Shown here: positions 1-15,013 of the stretch, piece by piece
How the letters are laid out: each line of letters starts with the position of its first letter
How positions within the stretch are numbered: the first letter of the stretch is position 1
Source: the human T2T-CHM13v2.0 reference genome, Homo sapiens
Assembly (NCBI RefSeq): GCF_009914755.1
Contig: NC_060934.1
DNA: 64,000 bases
Reading direction: 5' to 3' (one strand)
Notes under the pieces: generated by a model
Told to the model about the DNA's origin: nothing
Databases searched by the model: none
What the model saw: the letters and a program-made list of their open reading frames with translations, nothing else
Translations under genes and position numbers: made by a program

Positions 1-589
1 GAAAAACATATTGTTTTTTGACTCTTGGGTGAAGGCCTATAAGTTAGAAACTTCTGTCCATCTAGGTTCATTGGAATTGTCTTGCAGAAATGATAGCTTG
101 TAGAGAGCATGAAGAGGGGTGAAGGAGATTGATGAGTTTGGAGTCAGCAAATGAGGCTCAAGTGACCTGAAGACCCTTACTGGGAGGGTCCCCATATGAA
201 ATCAATGCTAGTCACCATGGGCCAATCTCCCACTAATGGTCAAGCATGTGGGAAGTTCTTACCATTCATGACCTCATGGACCCTGATGCTTTTAGTTCCA
301 TTTCACAGATCCATTCCAGGGCTGTCTGACCTGAAAGCCTTGCCCTTGCGATTGCTCTAGCCAACCTTTCTAGGACTGAGATGAGACAACTACAGTGCAG
401 GTCTACTCGGAAAGTCGCCACTTCTGCAAAGAAAGATCTCACATCTTCCCATATCACTCTGTACATCATCTGATGGCTTCGGTAAACAGGGAGGAAGCTT
501 TGGGTAATGGAATGAGCAAACCCTCAAGGCCCTGGGGGCAAGTCTCAGCTCTGCAATTTACTAGTTGCATGACCTTGTGATGATAATAG

Positions 590-975
590 CTGAATGAACT
601 GAACTGCGTACTCCCAGAATTTTTATTTTGAAGCCCTACCCCCAATGTGATGATACGAGATGGAGACTTTGGCAGGTAATTAGAGTCAAATGAGATATAA
701 AGGTAGGTGCTAATATAATGGCATTGGTGTCATTGTAAGAGGAGGAGAAGATACCAGAGAGTTTGCTCTCTCTGCCCAGGCAGAGGGAAATGCCATGTGG
801 GTGCATAAGGAGAAGGTTGCTGTCTACAAGCCAGAAAGGGAGCCCTCACCAGATCGAATCTTCCAGCATGTTGATCTGGACTTCCAGCCTCCAGGACTGT
901 GAGAAAATGAATTTCTGTTGTTGAAGCCACTCGGTCTGTGGTATTTTGTAATAGCAGCCCAAGTAGACTCATACA
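590..975 (+). mobile_element. MaLR solo LTR (MLT1A-like)
   Basis: Typical MLT1 motifs: ggacttccagcctccaggactgtgagaaaatgaatttctgttgttgaagccac...gtggtattttgtaatagcagcccaagtagactcataca. Confidence 0.8.
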
Positions 976-1159
976 ATGGTGAATACCATTCTAAGCACTT
1001 TAGAGACATCAACTATTCTAATGTATAACTACGACGAAGATATTATCACCTGTATATTACAAACGAGAAGCCAAAAGCTTAGAGAGGCCATATGCCTTAG
1101 GGGTGAAAAGTTGTTCAAGTAATACACAAAAAATATGAGCACCAGCAGAAGGAGATCAG

Positions 1160-1345
1160 GAGTTGCCCAGTGCCAAGGATGACAGAGATTGAATGCAAAG
1201 GGGAACAAGGAAAGTTTTGGGGTGGTGGAAATATTCTGTATCTCATTTTATATCTTGGTGGTGTCACATGGGTGTATATATTTGTCAAAACTTACTGAGC
1301 TAGGCAGTTAAAATGGTTATATTTTATTGTATGTAATTTATGACC
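1160..1345 (+). mobile_element. Old L1 (L1ME-like) 3' end fragment
   Basis: ggaaatattctgtatctc...tatatttgtcaaaac...ttttattgtatgtaattta. Confidence 0.65.
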
Positions 1346-1399
1346 CAAAGATGATTGAAAATTAAAAAAAAGTGGTCGCAGCCAAAAAGAAAGATAGGA

Positions 1400-1570
1400 A
1401 CTAGAGTTAGAACATTTGTGTCTGAACTGAATTCCAGCTCCACCACGTATTATTTATGTGCTTTTGATCAAGTTACTTAATCTCTCTGGGTCTCTCAGCC
1501 TTCAGTTCTTCATCTCTTAAATGGTAGTAATGTTTTCTCAATATATATTTTAAGACTGTTATGAAAGTAT
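1400..1570 (+). mobile_element. MIR SINE
   Basis: MIR core caagttacttaatctctctgggtctc...cagttcttcatctcttaaatgg. Confidence 0.7.
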
Positions 1571-1709
1571 TTCATACTGTCTTTTATTCATGTATGCATT
1601 CATCCAACAAGCATATAATGAGCACATTCTGTGAGTCAGGCACTGTTGTTGGTAGGCAGGGCAGATGCACCATTCTGGGAAGTAGAGCAGGAAACCAAAC
1701 AGAAGGGGG

Positions 1710-1790
1710 ACAGGAGGCCAAGGTGGAGGAATTGCTTGAGGCTAGGAGTTCGAGACCAGCCTGGGCAACAAAGTGAGACCCTGTCTCTAT

Positions 1791-1792
<2 letters not shown>
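1710..1792 (+). mobile_element. Alu monomer fragment (FLAM-like)
   Basis: ggaggccaaggtggaggaattgcttgaggctaggagttcgagaccagcctgggcaacaaagtgagaccctgtctct. Confidence 0.8.

Positions 1793-1838
<46 letters not shown>
1793..1838 (+). repeat. (AC)23 microsatellite
   Basis: Perfect dinucleotide run at the tail of the Alu fragment. Confidence 0.97.
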
Positions 1839-1844
<6 letters not shown>

Positions 1845-1896
1845 ATGTATATACATAAAACAGACAGGGACTCTGTGCCCATGGAACTAATTTTCT

Positions 1897-2305
1897 TTTT
1901 TCTAAAGAAGGGATTTATTAGCTTTTTTTTTTCTTTTAAAAAAAACAACTTTTATTTTAGGTTCAGGGGTACATGTGTAGGTTTGTTATATTGGTAAACT
2001 CTTGCCACAAGGGTTTGTTGAACATATTATTTCATCCCCCAGGTACTAAGCCTTGTACCCAATAGTTATTTTTTCTATTTCTCTCCCTCCTCCTACTTCC
2101 ACCCTTTGGTAGGCCCCTGTCCCTATTGTTCCCCTCTGTGTATCCATGTGTTTTCATTATTTAGCTTCTACTTATAAGTGAGAATATGCAGTATTGGGTT
2201 TTCTGTTTCTGTGTTAGTTTGCTAAAGATAATGGCCTCCAGCTGCACCCATGTTCCTGCAAAGGACATGATATAGTTCTTTTTATGGCTGCATAGTATTC
2301 CATGG
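1897..2305 (-). mobile_element. 5'-truncated primate L1 3' end (L1PA13-16-like)
   Basis: caacttttattttaggttcaggggtacatgtg...tttatggctgcatagtattccatgg, flanked by the direct repeat ccatggaactaattttct at 1879-1896 and 2300-2317. Confidence 0.9.
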
Positions 2306-3390
2306 AACTAATTTTCTAAAAAAGGAGAGGAAAGGCCATAGACAAGTAAAACAACAAGTGCAGGTAGAAATACATGCTATGAATGAAATTAAACAAAGTA
2401 ATGTCATTACCTAGGGAATATATTGGAGAGAATGCACAGGGAAAGGCTTCCTGAACCTTCAGGGGTGTCTGAACCAAGTTTTAAAGAAGGAAGAGGAGAT
2501 CGTGCAACGATCTGAAGGAATGGGTCTCCAGGCAGAAGGAATAAGAAGTGCAAAGGCTGGAATGAGCTTGGGCAGTCAAGGAATAGAAAGTCCGGTATGA
2601 CTGGAGAGGAGTGAGCCAGGCTGAGGGTTAAGGAACAGGAAGAATAGCTCAAAGTGGGTTTGTGGCGAGCCTGGATCAAAGGCTATGTTGTGGAAAATTA
2701 TTCATGGTGGGGACAACGGTGGAAGCCAGCAAATTTGTAGGATGTCATGACACTAGCACAGGCACCGGGGGCTTGGACCAGGCTGGTGGTCTTAGAGAAG
2801 GAGCAAAGCACGTGGACTCTGGATACACGCTGGCGATTGGGTCAACAGGGCAGGCTGCTGTATTGAGGGAGGGGAATGAGAAAGTAAAGACTCAAGAATG
2901 GCTCTGAGTGATTTTAACTTCTGCAGCTGGGTAGATGTTGGTGCCCTCTGCCGAGGGAAGGAAGTGTGAAGCAGGAAGCCTGGAGCTCTGGTTTTGACTT
3001 GCTAAATTAGACATGCCTGTTAGACAACCATGTGGAGATGGCAGGTCTGCAACTGGATATGAATCTGGAGCTCAGAGGCAAGGTCAAGGCTAAAGATGTA
3101 AGGAAATGCCCAGAGCAACGTACAGCGTTTTGTTGTTACCTCTCCTTGCATTCACTGCAGGAATGACCACTTCCTCCTGTCACCTTCTAAAGTATATTTC
3201 ATTCTCCCTAGATGCCTACAGGGGTGGGGGCAAGGGAGTGGGAGCTCAAGTGTGAGGGCAGGAAAGGGAGGCGAGCACAGAGATGGTCCTCATGGTTCTC
3301 AGTAGACATGAGACACGATAGCCAGTCACTGCACTCCAGTGAGTAGTCCGTTTCCTGAGGGATCATATATATTTGCAGGCTCCCTGTAAG

Positions 3391-3678
3391 GAGACAAGGT
3401 CCAGCTCTGTCACCCAGGCTCAAGCACAATGGGGCAATCATGACTCACTGCAGTCTTGACCTTCTGGACTCAAGCGATTCCCCTGCCTCAGCCTCCCAAG
3501 TAGCTGGGACCAAGTCACGTGGTGCATGCCACCATGCCTGGCTAATTTTTGTATTTTTTGAATAATCAGGGTCTTGCTATGTTGCCCAGGCTGGTCCTGA
3601 CCTCCTGGGCTCAAGCAATCTGCCCACCATGGCCTCTCAAAGTGCTGGGATTACAGGTATGAGCCACCACGCCTGGCC
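3391..3678 (-). mobile_element. AluJ
   Basis: Full dimer in reverse with J-type features (tcatgactcactgcagtcttgacc, tcttgctatgttgcccagg). Confidence 0.9.
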
Positions 3679-3707
3679 AGTCCTTCTCATTTTAAAGACT
3701 ACCTTCT

Positions 3708-4349
<642 letters not shown>

Positions 4350-4359
4350 CTAAGAAGCA

Positions 4360-4635
4360 CTTTCTCGACCATCCTATCTAAAATGGGTCTTCTCCCTTAG
4401 CTTCCACTCCCATGGCAGCATTTCTTCAGCCAGCACAATGTTGGTTTCACTGAAAGCAGTCGTTTGTAATGATAATGACTAGTACTAGTTCAAGTTCATT
4501 GTCTCTCTCCACCATTGGAGAGAGAGTTTGACTCTATGTTGGAAGGAGGTGTGCCTGTTGTGGCGATCCTTGTCAGCCAGAGCTAGCACAGTGCCTGGCA
4601 CACCCTAGGTGCTCAATAAATATCTGTTGAAGAAC
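4360..4635 (+). mobile_element. L2 3' end
   Basis: ctagcacagtgcctggcacaccctaggtgctcaataaatatctgttgaa. Confidence 0.75.
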
Positions 4636-5037
4636 TTAATGAGCTATCTCTGAGATATCATGGTTCAGAGTGGATTAATTGAAGCTCCAAGCATGGGCTG
4701 AGGCAGCCTTATTCCAGATCAAGCCCTTAGCCCAAGGCCAGAAATGGGTTTTTAAAGATGGCATAGGGAACAATTATCAGGGAGTGTGGAGGCAAACAAC
4801 ATGGCAAATTTCCAAGCCCCGCCAGCCACTGGGCACCGTTTGCATTCATCACTGAGCACCATGGCATATGCAAGCTTGTTAGCAGGATCATGGGCCAGAG
4901 ATGGATGGATCCACTCCAGCCTCCTGCTAAGCTCCTGAAACAAAAGATTTTTGTAAGTGTTTTGAGTTGTTCTCATGAGATGTCATGGCCAGCAAGCTGG
5001 AAAACTGTGTGGCTCTTTGCCAGTTGCCTGGTTTTAA

Positions 5038-5601
<564 letters not shown>

Positions 5602-5612
5602 TAAGAAAGTAG

Positions 5613-5916
5613 GGCTGGGCATGGTGGCTCACACCTCTAATCCCAGCACGTTGGGAGGCCAAGGCAGGAGGGCCACTTGAACCCAGGAGTTCAAAATCAG
5701 CCGGAGCAACAAAGTGAGACCCCATCTGTACAAAAAGTAAAAAAATTAGCTGGGCCTGGTGGCCCATTGCTGTGGTCCCAGTCACTCATGTGGAGGAGGT
5801 GGGAGAATCACTTGAACCCAGGAGGTCGAGGCTGCAGTGAGCTGAGATTGTGCCACTGCACTCCAGCCTGGGCAACAGAGTGAGATCCTGTCAAAGGGAG
5901 GGGAGGGGAGGGGAGG
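5613..5916 (+). mobile_element. AluJ with a (GGGGA)n tail
   Basis: Forward dimer with ggaggtcgaggctgcagtgag; tail region reads aaagggaggggaggggaggggagg. Confidence 0.9.
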
Positions 5917-7373
5917 ATTCAGACATTTGTTATCTTGAAATAAGAGCCTCTTTCTATGCTGAAGAGTATTAATTTACGCATGTGAATTACCCAATAAGGA
6001 GGCATGAAGGCAAAGGAAAAACCTACACACGATTTCCATCACTGAAGAAGAGGGCAGAGTTCATGAGTTAAGAGAAATCGTGATGAATGCAGGGAGATGC
6101 TAGAATTTGTTTCTCTTTTGAAATATTGTATATGCCTCTTAGTGAGGGAAAAACTGTCTCTCCCTCACTAAATAGTGTGATAAAGGGCTAGAAGGATCTG
6201 CATGTATCAATCACAGTATTTTGGGAGAAAAGGAGGAGTTAAATGTTTGTAGCCCAAGGAAACAGAAAAGCCCCAAACCTCAATGATATTTGATTATTTA
6301 AGAGCTGGAAAACGATGTGTATGACACACCACTCAGGCTTGTTGGCATTTGGTGTCTGGCACCAAAATGGTCAGGGTGAGTTGAGGATCGGGCCCCTTCC
6401 TCAGAGATGTAGAACGGTTCTTTGTGAAATGCTGTCTGGTTACTTTCTGGGTGCTCTGATTTGTGGGTGATAATGTTCCCTTTTCCTGCCACCATCCAAT
6501 CCTTGAAAGTCCCACTGTAAAAGGAAAATGAAAAAGAGACCAATGGCATGGGTTGAAAAAGTGCAACTGCAACCGATGGGATTTTTAAAGCAGAAACAGG
6601 TTCTGTGTGATGCAAGTGAGCACTGTAGGAGAATCCTACCATTCTTTCATATGCTTCCTGAGCCGAAAGCTTTCCCACTCTTCACGTTCCCCACCCCAAT
6701 CTGGGTCCCTGCTCTGTGCCAGGGGGGCCATCAGCCACAGTGTGGAGGTGAGGAAGGGCTGCGGGAGCCCTGGCCCTTGCTTGCTGGGGTTCAGGGTGGG
6801 ATGGAAATTCTACACTGATGCCAGGACAAATATTCTACTCATCATCACTGATGCTCATGGTCAAAACAAGAAAAAATTGTGGAAAAAAAAATCATTTCTC
6901 TCAACATGATGTGTTGCTTTCCTCTCTGAAGTCCCCCCTGGTGAATAGTTCTTGGCATCAGGCATGCTGGGTGGATCTGAAAGGTCTGTGCCTCTGGGAC
7001 ACAGACAGGGCTACCTGGATGGACGCTGGGGAGGCCAGGCCAGCCCCTCCTTTCAGCTGATGCTTAGAAAAACTTTCCACGTGGCCTTGGGTTGGGTAAC
7101 TCAGAGATCTGCAGCAGCCTGCTTCTTCCAAACTAAACACTCAGGTCTGAGTTGTTAAGTCCAACTAAAGTAATGGCCTTGGGGAACCCAAAGCAAAATC
7201 AAACTTACAAAGAAAACTGGTTTTAAACACAGGCTACAAACAACAGTGTGGGATTTAAGCAAAGCTACGCCTTGGAAGAGATCCATGCACTTGAGCAATT
7301 GTAAAAAATCAATGCCCTCCACCTATTTTCAGGGGCCATACTGGAAAGCAAGATAGATGTGAAGATGATAGTA

Positions 7374-7465
7374 GGATGGATGGGTGGGTGGGTAGACGGA
7401 CGGACGGACGGACGGACGGACAGATAGATAGATAGATAGATAGATAGACAGACAGATAGATAGAT
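7374..7465 (+). repeat. Compound tetranucleotide STR (GGAT)2(GGGT)3(AGAC)1(GGAC)6(AGAT)6(AGAC)2(AGAT)3
   Basis: 23 in-register tetramers counted directly. Confidence 0.95.
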
Positions 7466-7659
7466 TTTAAATTTACTCATGGAGAAACCAGTGCAGAGAA
7501 GCTAAGTCATCTCTAGGCATCACAGCGAAAGCACTTCCGAGGAAGAAGAATAAAAGTCAGCATTGTCCTTTAGCCTCTCACAGCAATGGCCTTCTCCTTA
7601 TGAAACATTCTTTGTCACTGTAAATTTCCCCACTGAGCCCGGGTAGCCAGCAGAGAGGG

Positions 7660-8289
<630 letters not shown>

Positions 8290-8629
8290 GAGGGGTATTT
8301 AAAGAAGGGGTTTGAGTTTGGATTAGAGTTGGCCTGCAGAGCCCTTAGAATTCCTTTTTATCCTGGATTTCTCTGTGCTTTAATTGAGTCTTATACACTC
8401 TTTGTTGGATGTTGGACTACATCAGGGAGACAGTGGATGACTTACCAGTGCTTCTGTGATTTCCAGATATGGTGGGGGGTTGCCAATTGCCCCTCATAAA
8501 AATACCAAGCCCCTAGTGGTGGTGGAATGGAAATAGTGGAGACAGTGATAAAACTGTGTCTGTGGGTATGTACTCGCCTCACCATAGGCCGTTCTTTTAT
8601 ACGGTTAAGTTGAATTATGAAAGCCCAGG

Positions 8630-9196
8630 TGTGGCAGGCCAACTAAACTGGCTCCCCTAGGTCCTCAGCTCCTGGTATTCATGTCCCTGTGAATTTCCTG
8701 CCCTTTGGGCATGCATGGTACCTGTAACTTGCTTCTAGTCAGCAGAATATTGCAAAAGTGATGGCACGTCACTTCCTTGATGAGGTTACCGAGGATTGTG
8801 ACTTACATCTTGTTGCAGACTTTCTCTTTTGCCCTCTTAGTCTGCACACTTTGATGAAGCAAGCAGCCATGCTGGGGATGCACACTTGGCAAGGAACTGA
8901 AGGCAGCCAGCAGCCAGGGAGGAATTGAGGGCTTCAGTTCAACAACCTGCAAGAAACCAAATCCTGCCAACCATCATGTGAGCTTAGAAATGGATCCTTC
9001 CCAGTCGAGCCTTCAGATAAGACCCTAGCCCTGCCCGATATCTTGACTGCAGGCTTGTGACAGACCATGATGCAGAGAACCCAGATATGCCATGCCTAGA
9101 TTCCTGAACCATAGAAACTGTGAGATAATAAATGTGTGTTGTTTTGAGCCCCTAAGTTTGTAGTAACTTGTTAAACAGCAATAGATAATTAACATA
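8630..9196 (+). mobile_element. MaLR solo LTR (MLT1F-like)
   Basis: tggcaaggaactgaaggcagcc...cccagtcgagccttcagataagac...agaaactgtgagataataaatgtgtgttgttttgagcc. Confidence 0.8.
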
Positions 9197-9347
9197 TCAG
9201 TCTAGAGTGTTTGCATCAGTTTACTGATATTCAGAGCTATTCCAAGGGCCTTAACTTGTATCTTCTTATCAAGGGGACTCCCTAAATAATTTCTCCCAGA
9301 ATAAAGTGTTTATTCCAAAGGGAAAGAACCTCTTTTACCCTTAGAGC

Positions 9348-9537
9348 AGTGATTTTTCAATCCTGGCTGCATAGTATCTTTATGCAGAAGGCAGTTTTTT
9401 TTTGTAGTGCTTTGCTTCATTTTGTTTTTAATGCCTATGCTGGAGGCCCATTCAGGTAGGAAGGGGGAAGCTGGCAGGTACCCTTTCATTTACAGCTCCT
9501 AGTTGTTCCTGTTGGGCAGCCAGGGTTGAGAACCATT
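9348..9537. mobile_element. hAT-Charlie MITE (MER5-like)
   Basis: TIR-like ends cagtgatttttcaatcctggctgc / gcagccagggttgagaaccatt, flanked by (c/t)ttagag. Confidence 0.6.
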
Positions 9538-11209
9538 AGTTTAGAGTCGCATTATGTAACTGTCTGGCACTTTTATAGTGGCAGTTTTGTCCCTGTTTCC
9601 AGCATCCAAAGGCCGAGAAATATTGAACTCTACTCCCAGCATACCCAGCTACACAATAAAGACATGTTTTTAATAAAAGGACGTTTCTGTATCTGGTTTA
9701 AATATTCTCATTTTATTGGACAGGAAGAAATGAAATGCCAGGCCATTTAGTTCATGCCCAAGCATCTGGCAACTGGAGATTCATCTTGTAGGGGCAGAAT
9801 AATGCAGCCAACTTGTGATCCTTTCAAGGGAAGCAGGATTAGTTGGAAAAAAACATAACAAAAATGTTTCACTTTAGTTCTCTTTTTCAGCCTCCTTTCT
9901 GAGCCCTTAGCAAAAGCGGAAGAAAGCCACAGACAAGCTAATTAGAGTTTTACCCCTTCACTATGTGCAGCCTGCAGGGCCAAAGCCAATATGATCTGGA
10001 GACACCCAGGGAGTGGCAGCAGGAGGGCAAAGGGGGGAGAAAATCAAGGGGCTTTCTAATCCCCTCCCTGGAGAAACATTTATTGGGAAACCAAGAAGTG
10101 AGTTTGCCATGTAGCCATCTTATTGTATAGTTGGTCATGCAAGGTAGGGAGCCAATGGTACTATTGGGGGATGTTTCACATGATCTTATAGTCCAGGAGA
10201 GTTGGAAGCTAGAAAGAGTTGGAAGCTAGAAAAATCTTTATACGTAGAACAAACAGTTTTGAATCATAGCAGTTCAGCTGCTAGAGGATTTAGCCATGAA
10301 ACTATTCTGGTGTAGGATTTTTCTTGAGGCCAGCCACTGATGAGACCCTGGAACCCAAGGAATGATTATCATGGCCCCTGCTTTTGGCCAGGGCTCAGGC
10401 TAGATGCGAGGCCAGGTTGCAGAGGAAGAGGAGGAAACCTGAGTGGTGAAGAGTCCTTCTTTGTCTCCTTCACTTCACACCTCCAGTTCTTATGATGCTG
10501 GCAGCCTTGGTACCTGATGCTGCCATCTTCATCCCTTTATTCTGTCCTTGATGAGCATTTAGTTAGTGTCACAATGTGCAGGCCATGAAGATCAGAAGTG
10601 AATTAGCCACAAGCCCTGTCCTCAAGGAGCTCAAACATTAGTGAGAGGAACAGACACAAGAGCTAACTGGAAAGAAATGTGGTCTAGAACAAGAGCATGC
10701 CCCAAATGCTATAGAATTACAGAGGGAGGAGTCATTGATTCCAATTAGGGGGTTAGGGAAAACTTCACCAATCAAGATTTCAGTGATACTCAGTTGTTGC
10801 ACAATGGTATGAATATGTTTAACACTACTGAACTGCACTCTTCAATATGGTTAACAGAGTAGTTTTATATTATGTGTTTTTTTAACGTGCAATTTAACAA
10901 ATTGATACTTAGCAAAACTTTCCAGTTGGGCTTAGACTGGATAGCCCAGGTCTTCTCAATAGCTATCCACTTCCAAACTACAATATTTTAAAGAATTACA
11001 AAAGTTGTTATGAGGAATGAGAATCATGATAGCATTTGGGCAAGATTTTTAAACCTGAGTAGGATTTTCTCAGATAGAGGTAGACAAAGAGAGGTCAAGG
11101 CAAAAGGTAGAGGAAATGGTACAAGTAAAGACATTGGTGCTGGGTAAGTTGCATCCAGTGAGGGTTTATATTGATGAAGGGAAGGCAGGAGGAACTGAGA
11201 CTATGATTT

Positions 11210-11720
11210 TCTTTTATTAAGATAAAATTTGCATACAAAAATTCACTATTTTAACCATTTTTAGGTGTATAATTAAGTGGTTTTTAGTGTATTTACAGTG
11301 TTGTAAAATACTACTGCTATCTAATTCTAGAACATTTTGTCACTCCAAAAGAAACCCTATACCCACTCCCCATTCATGTCCAGCACCTGGGAATTCCTAA
11401 TCTACTCTCTGTCCCTTTCTTTTTCTCCTCTCCTTCTGGGACTCTCAATATGTGTATGTTGGTCCACTTGATAGCATCCTGTACATCTCTTAGGCTCCGT
11501 TCATTTTTCTTCATTCCTTTTTATATCTCTTTCTCAGCCTGGATAATCTATAAGTTCACTGATTATTCTGCTTGTTCAAATCTGCTGTTGAGCCCCTCTA
11601 GTGAATTTTTCAGTTATTTCTACTTTTCAACTCCAGATTTTCCATTGGATTCCTTTTTATAATTTCTGTCTTTTTGCTAATATTCTCCATTTGGTAAAAT
11701 ATTATTCTTCTGGTTTATAT
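11210..11720 (-). mobile_element. Old L1M fragments
   Basis: L1MB-type 3' end (ctaattctagaacattttgtcactccaaaagaaaccctatacc) joined to an ORF1-region fragment (ccttctgggactctcaatatgtgtatgttggtccacttgat). Confidence 0.65.
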
Positions 11721-12248
11721 TTTATTTACTCTTTATCTACTTTAGCATTACTAACAAATTGGAGTTCCAGGGTTTCCTCTGTACCTTCCCTGACACAATA
11801 ACCTTAACCCCATGGTTCAGAGAGCCAATGTGGGCATCTGCCCGATGCCAAGAATGTCTATTCTGACTACTTACTCAGGAGCTGGGGAAAATAGCCACAG
11901 AATGGGTTTACAGACTCATGAGGCTTAATGTGAGGTGGATTTGTGCCTGAGCACCATTTACTCTCTGACCCCCGTGAGCATCCCCTCTAACTGTTGTCTC
12001 AGTAAGAGCTCAGCACCAGCATCAATAATCTCTCAAAGGTTTTAGGATTTCCTTTGCTGTGGTGCACATTTACACTGGTGAGCATCTGAAGCTCCCTTTT
12101 TAATAGTCTAGGAAGATCCATAGCATCCTGTAACGTTACCACAATGTCTTTCTTCAAGGGTTCCTGACCTTCCTTTGATCGAGGGGCTCTATGACCTGTC
12201 TTAGGTCTTGGAATTAGTTGAATGGCCATGAATTTCCCATACATGTAA

Positions 12249-12929
<681 letters not shown>

Positions 12930-13653
12930 TAGGAACTCTATGATCCACAATTTGGATGACTTCCTTGGCCCTGCTTCCTATTGCAATGACCACATCCACT
13001 TTGTGTCTGGAAGTTGAGCATGGCTACACGGTGTTTGTACCCTAGTACCCCATAATCCACACTGAGCTCAGGGACCCAGGTTAATGGCAGCATCTCCCAC
13101 ATTCATCTCTAAGCTTCCAAGTATGGCTGCCTCTGTGCTTTTCAAGGATGCCAACACGTGATACTTTTTAAAGTGAATGTGTTCTGGGTCTTCTCAGGTG
13201 CCAAGGTAGGAACTAGCTGACTGAGTTGCAATTAGAACCTTCCTGTCGTCTCCCTAATCCTTTGGATCATTTTGTCTAAATTATACCTAGCAACTTCTGG
13301 CATCTCATCTTCATTCAGCATAGGTTACCATTGAGTCTATAGTTCAAGTAACTGAGCAAGAACCACCTCCAGCTGCCTGAGTTAGCTAGCACATTGAATC
13401 CTGACACTATCAAACACACCCATATAAATAAATTCTGCACAATCTAAACTTAGGTTTCCCCTTTGCTAATCTAGGAAAGACACTAAATATCCATTCCCAC
13501 CGTATAACCCTTAGGCTTTAACCACTATAAATTAGCAAAATCTTGAAATTACTTTGGTGTGTAAGCAGTTTTCTGAGTGTGACTTGGTGAATTTCCCTAT
13601 GCTCAATTAATCTAATTATAGATCTAGAGGTAAAGATGGAAAGGTAGCATGGG

Positions 13654-13829
13654 CAGGGTCAGTTTCACGGGCCTCTGACCATGCAGTCACACAGAGCCTT
13701 GTGCTTCAGAGGGTCCCACACTTGGTTTAATGCTTTGCTGTTGCTGCCTTGAAATTCTCGATTTTTTTAATAACGGGCTCTGAATTGTCATTTTGCACTG
13801 GGGTCCTGCAAATCATGCAGCTGGTTCTG
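13654..13829 (+). mobile_element. MER91A-like hAT MITE
   Basis: cagggtcagtttcacggg...cttggtttaatgctttgctgttgctgccttgaaattc...cattttgcactggggtcctgcaaatcatgcagctggttctg; degenerate 8-bp TSD agcatggg/agagtggg. Confidence 0.8.
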
Positions 13830-14174
13830 AGAGTGGGGCGTGAAGACAACTGGGCTCTTTATACACAGTAACTATCTCAGGAAAGGCCACGTGTGGTCCT
13901 TAAGCAAGGTAAGGACAGCTTCATCAGACAGGGAGGGAGCTGCTGTTTCTGCTAGCAGGAAAGCCCAATAGGGTTTATGAGTTGAGGGGAATTGGACTGA
14001 ATGTATCTATTAAGATTTTTGAGGTCCCCCTCATTCCCAGTGAGTTACTGAGATTTTTCTATGAGTTCTGGTAAGGCTATGACTTCAACCTAAGTTGCCC
14101 TACGTCTGATTTTTGGCTATGTTGGCTTTGTGGTTAAATAAATGGACTTTCTGGTTTTTTTGGCCATGGCTTAG

Positions 14175-14411
<237 letters not shown>

Positions 14412-15013
14412 TAGGTCAAGAATTTAAACCCCTGCTAGCTATGGCCCACATGCTGCTATCTTGATTTCTGGAAACTGCAGTTTGAAGATTCTAGACTCTA
14501 CCTGGCTCTTGTTATGTGAGTTTGGAAGTCTCCTGGGCTCCTTGTACCACAGAGGGAAAGTAAACAATGGTCTGGATCTTGGAGATAGTGCCCGGACAGG
14601 CTGGCTACAGTGCATCAAGGTCGGAGTAATTATTAGAGTGTGAAGCATAATATATTCCTACAATTAACAGATGACAAGGGTAGCATAAGATGACAGTGCA
14701 GCAGGTAACAGGGACCTGGGGATCCTCTGTGTTTTTCTGAAGACATTGATTAATGTTGCTGCTTGTCCCTTGTGAGGAGCCAGGCAGGAGAACACTGCTT
14801 TTCTGCAGGTGTGTTGAGAAACGGAAACCCCAGGGCGAGATGGGGTGAGGCCACATCCAGACAGGGCCAGCAGAGCAGGCTTGAATTCAGGCTCCTCAGT
14901 GCCCCAGGTGTTACTCACAGGCATTCCCCCCAGAGGATCTAAATCACTTTTCCAGGCCAAAGCTGGAAATCCTGAAATCTCCCTGACCCAAAAGAAACAC
15001 TCATCATCTCACT

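Larger units (their letters stand above)
1590..3105 (-). mobile_element. L2 LINE remnant interrupted by an Alu fragment, (AC)n and an L1
   Basis: L2 3' end cattcatccaacaagcatataatgagcac...caggcactgt; body motifs ccaggcagaaggaataagaagtgcaaaggc and tggatatgaatctggagctcagagg. Confidence 0.7.
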
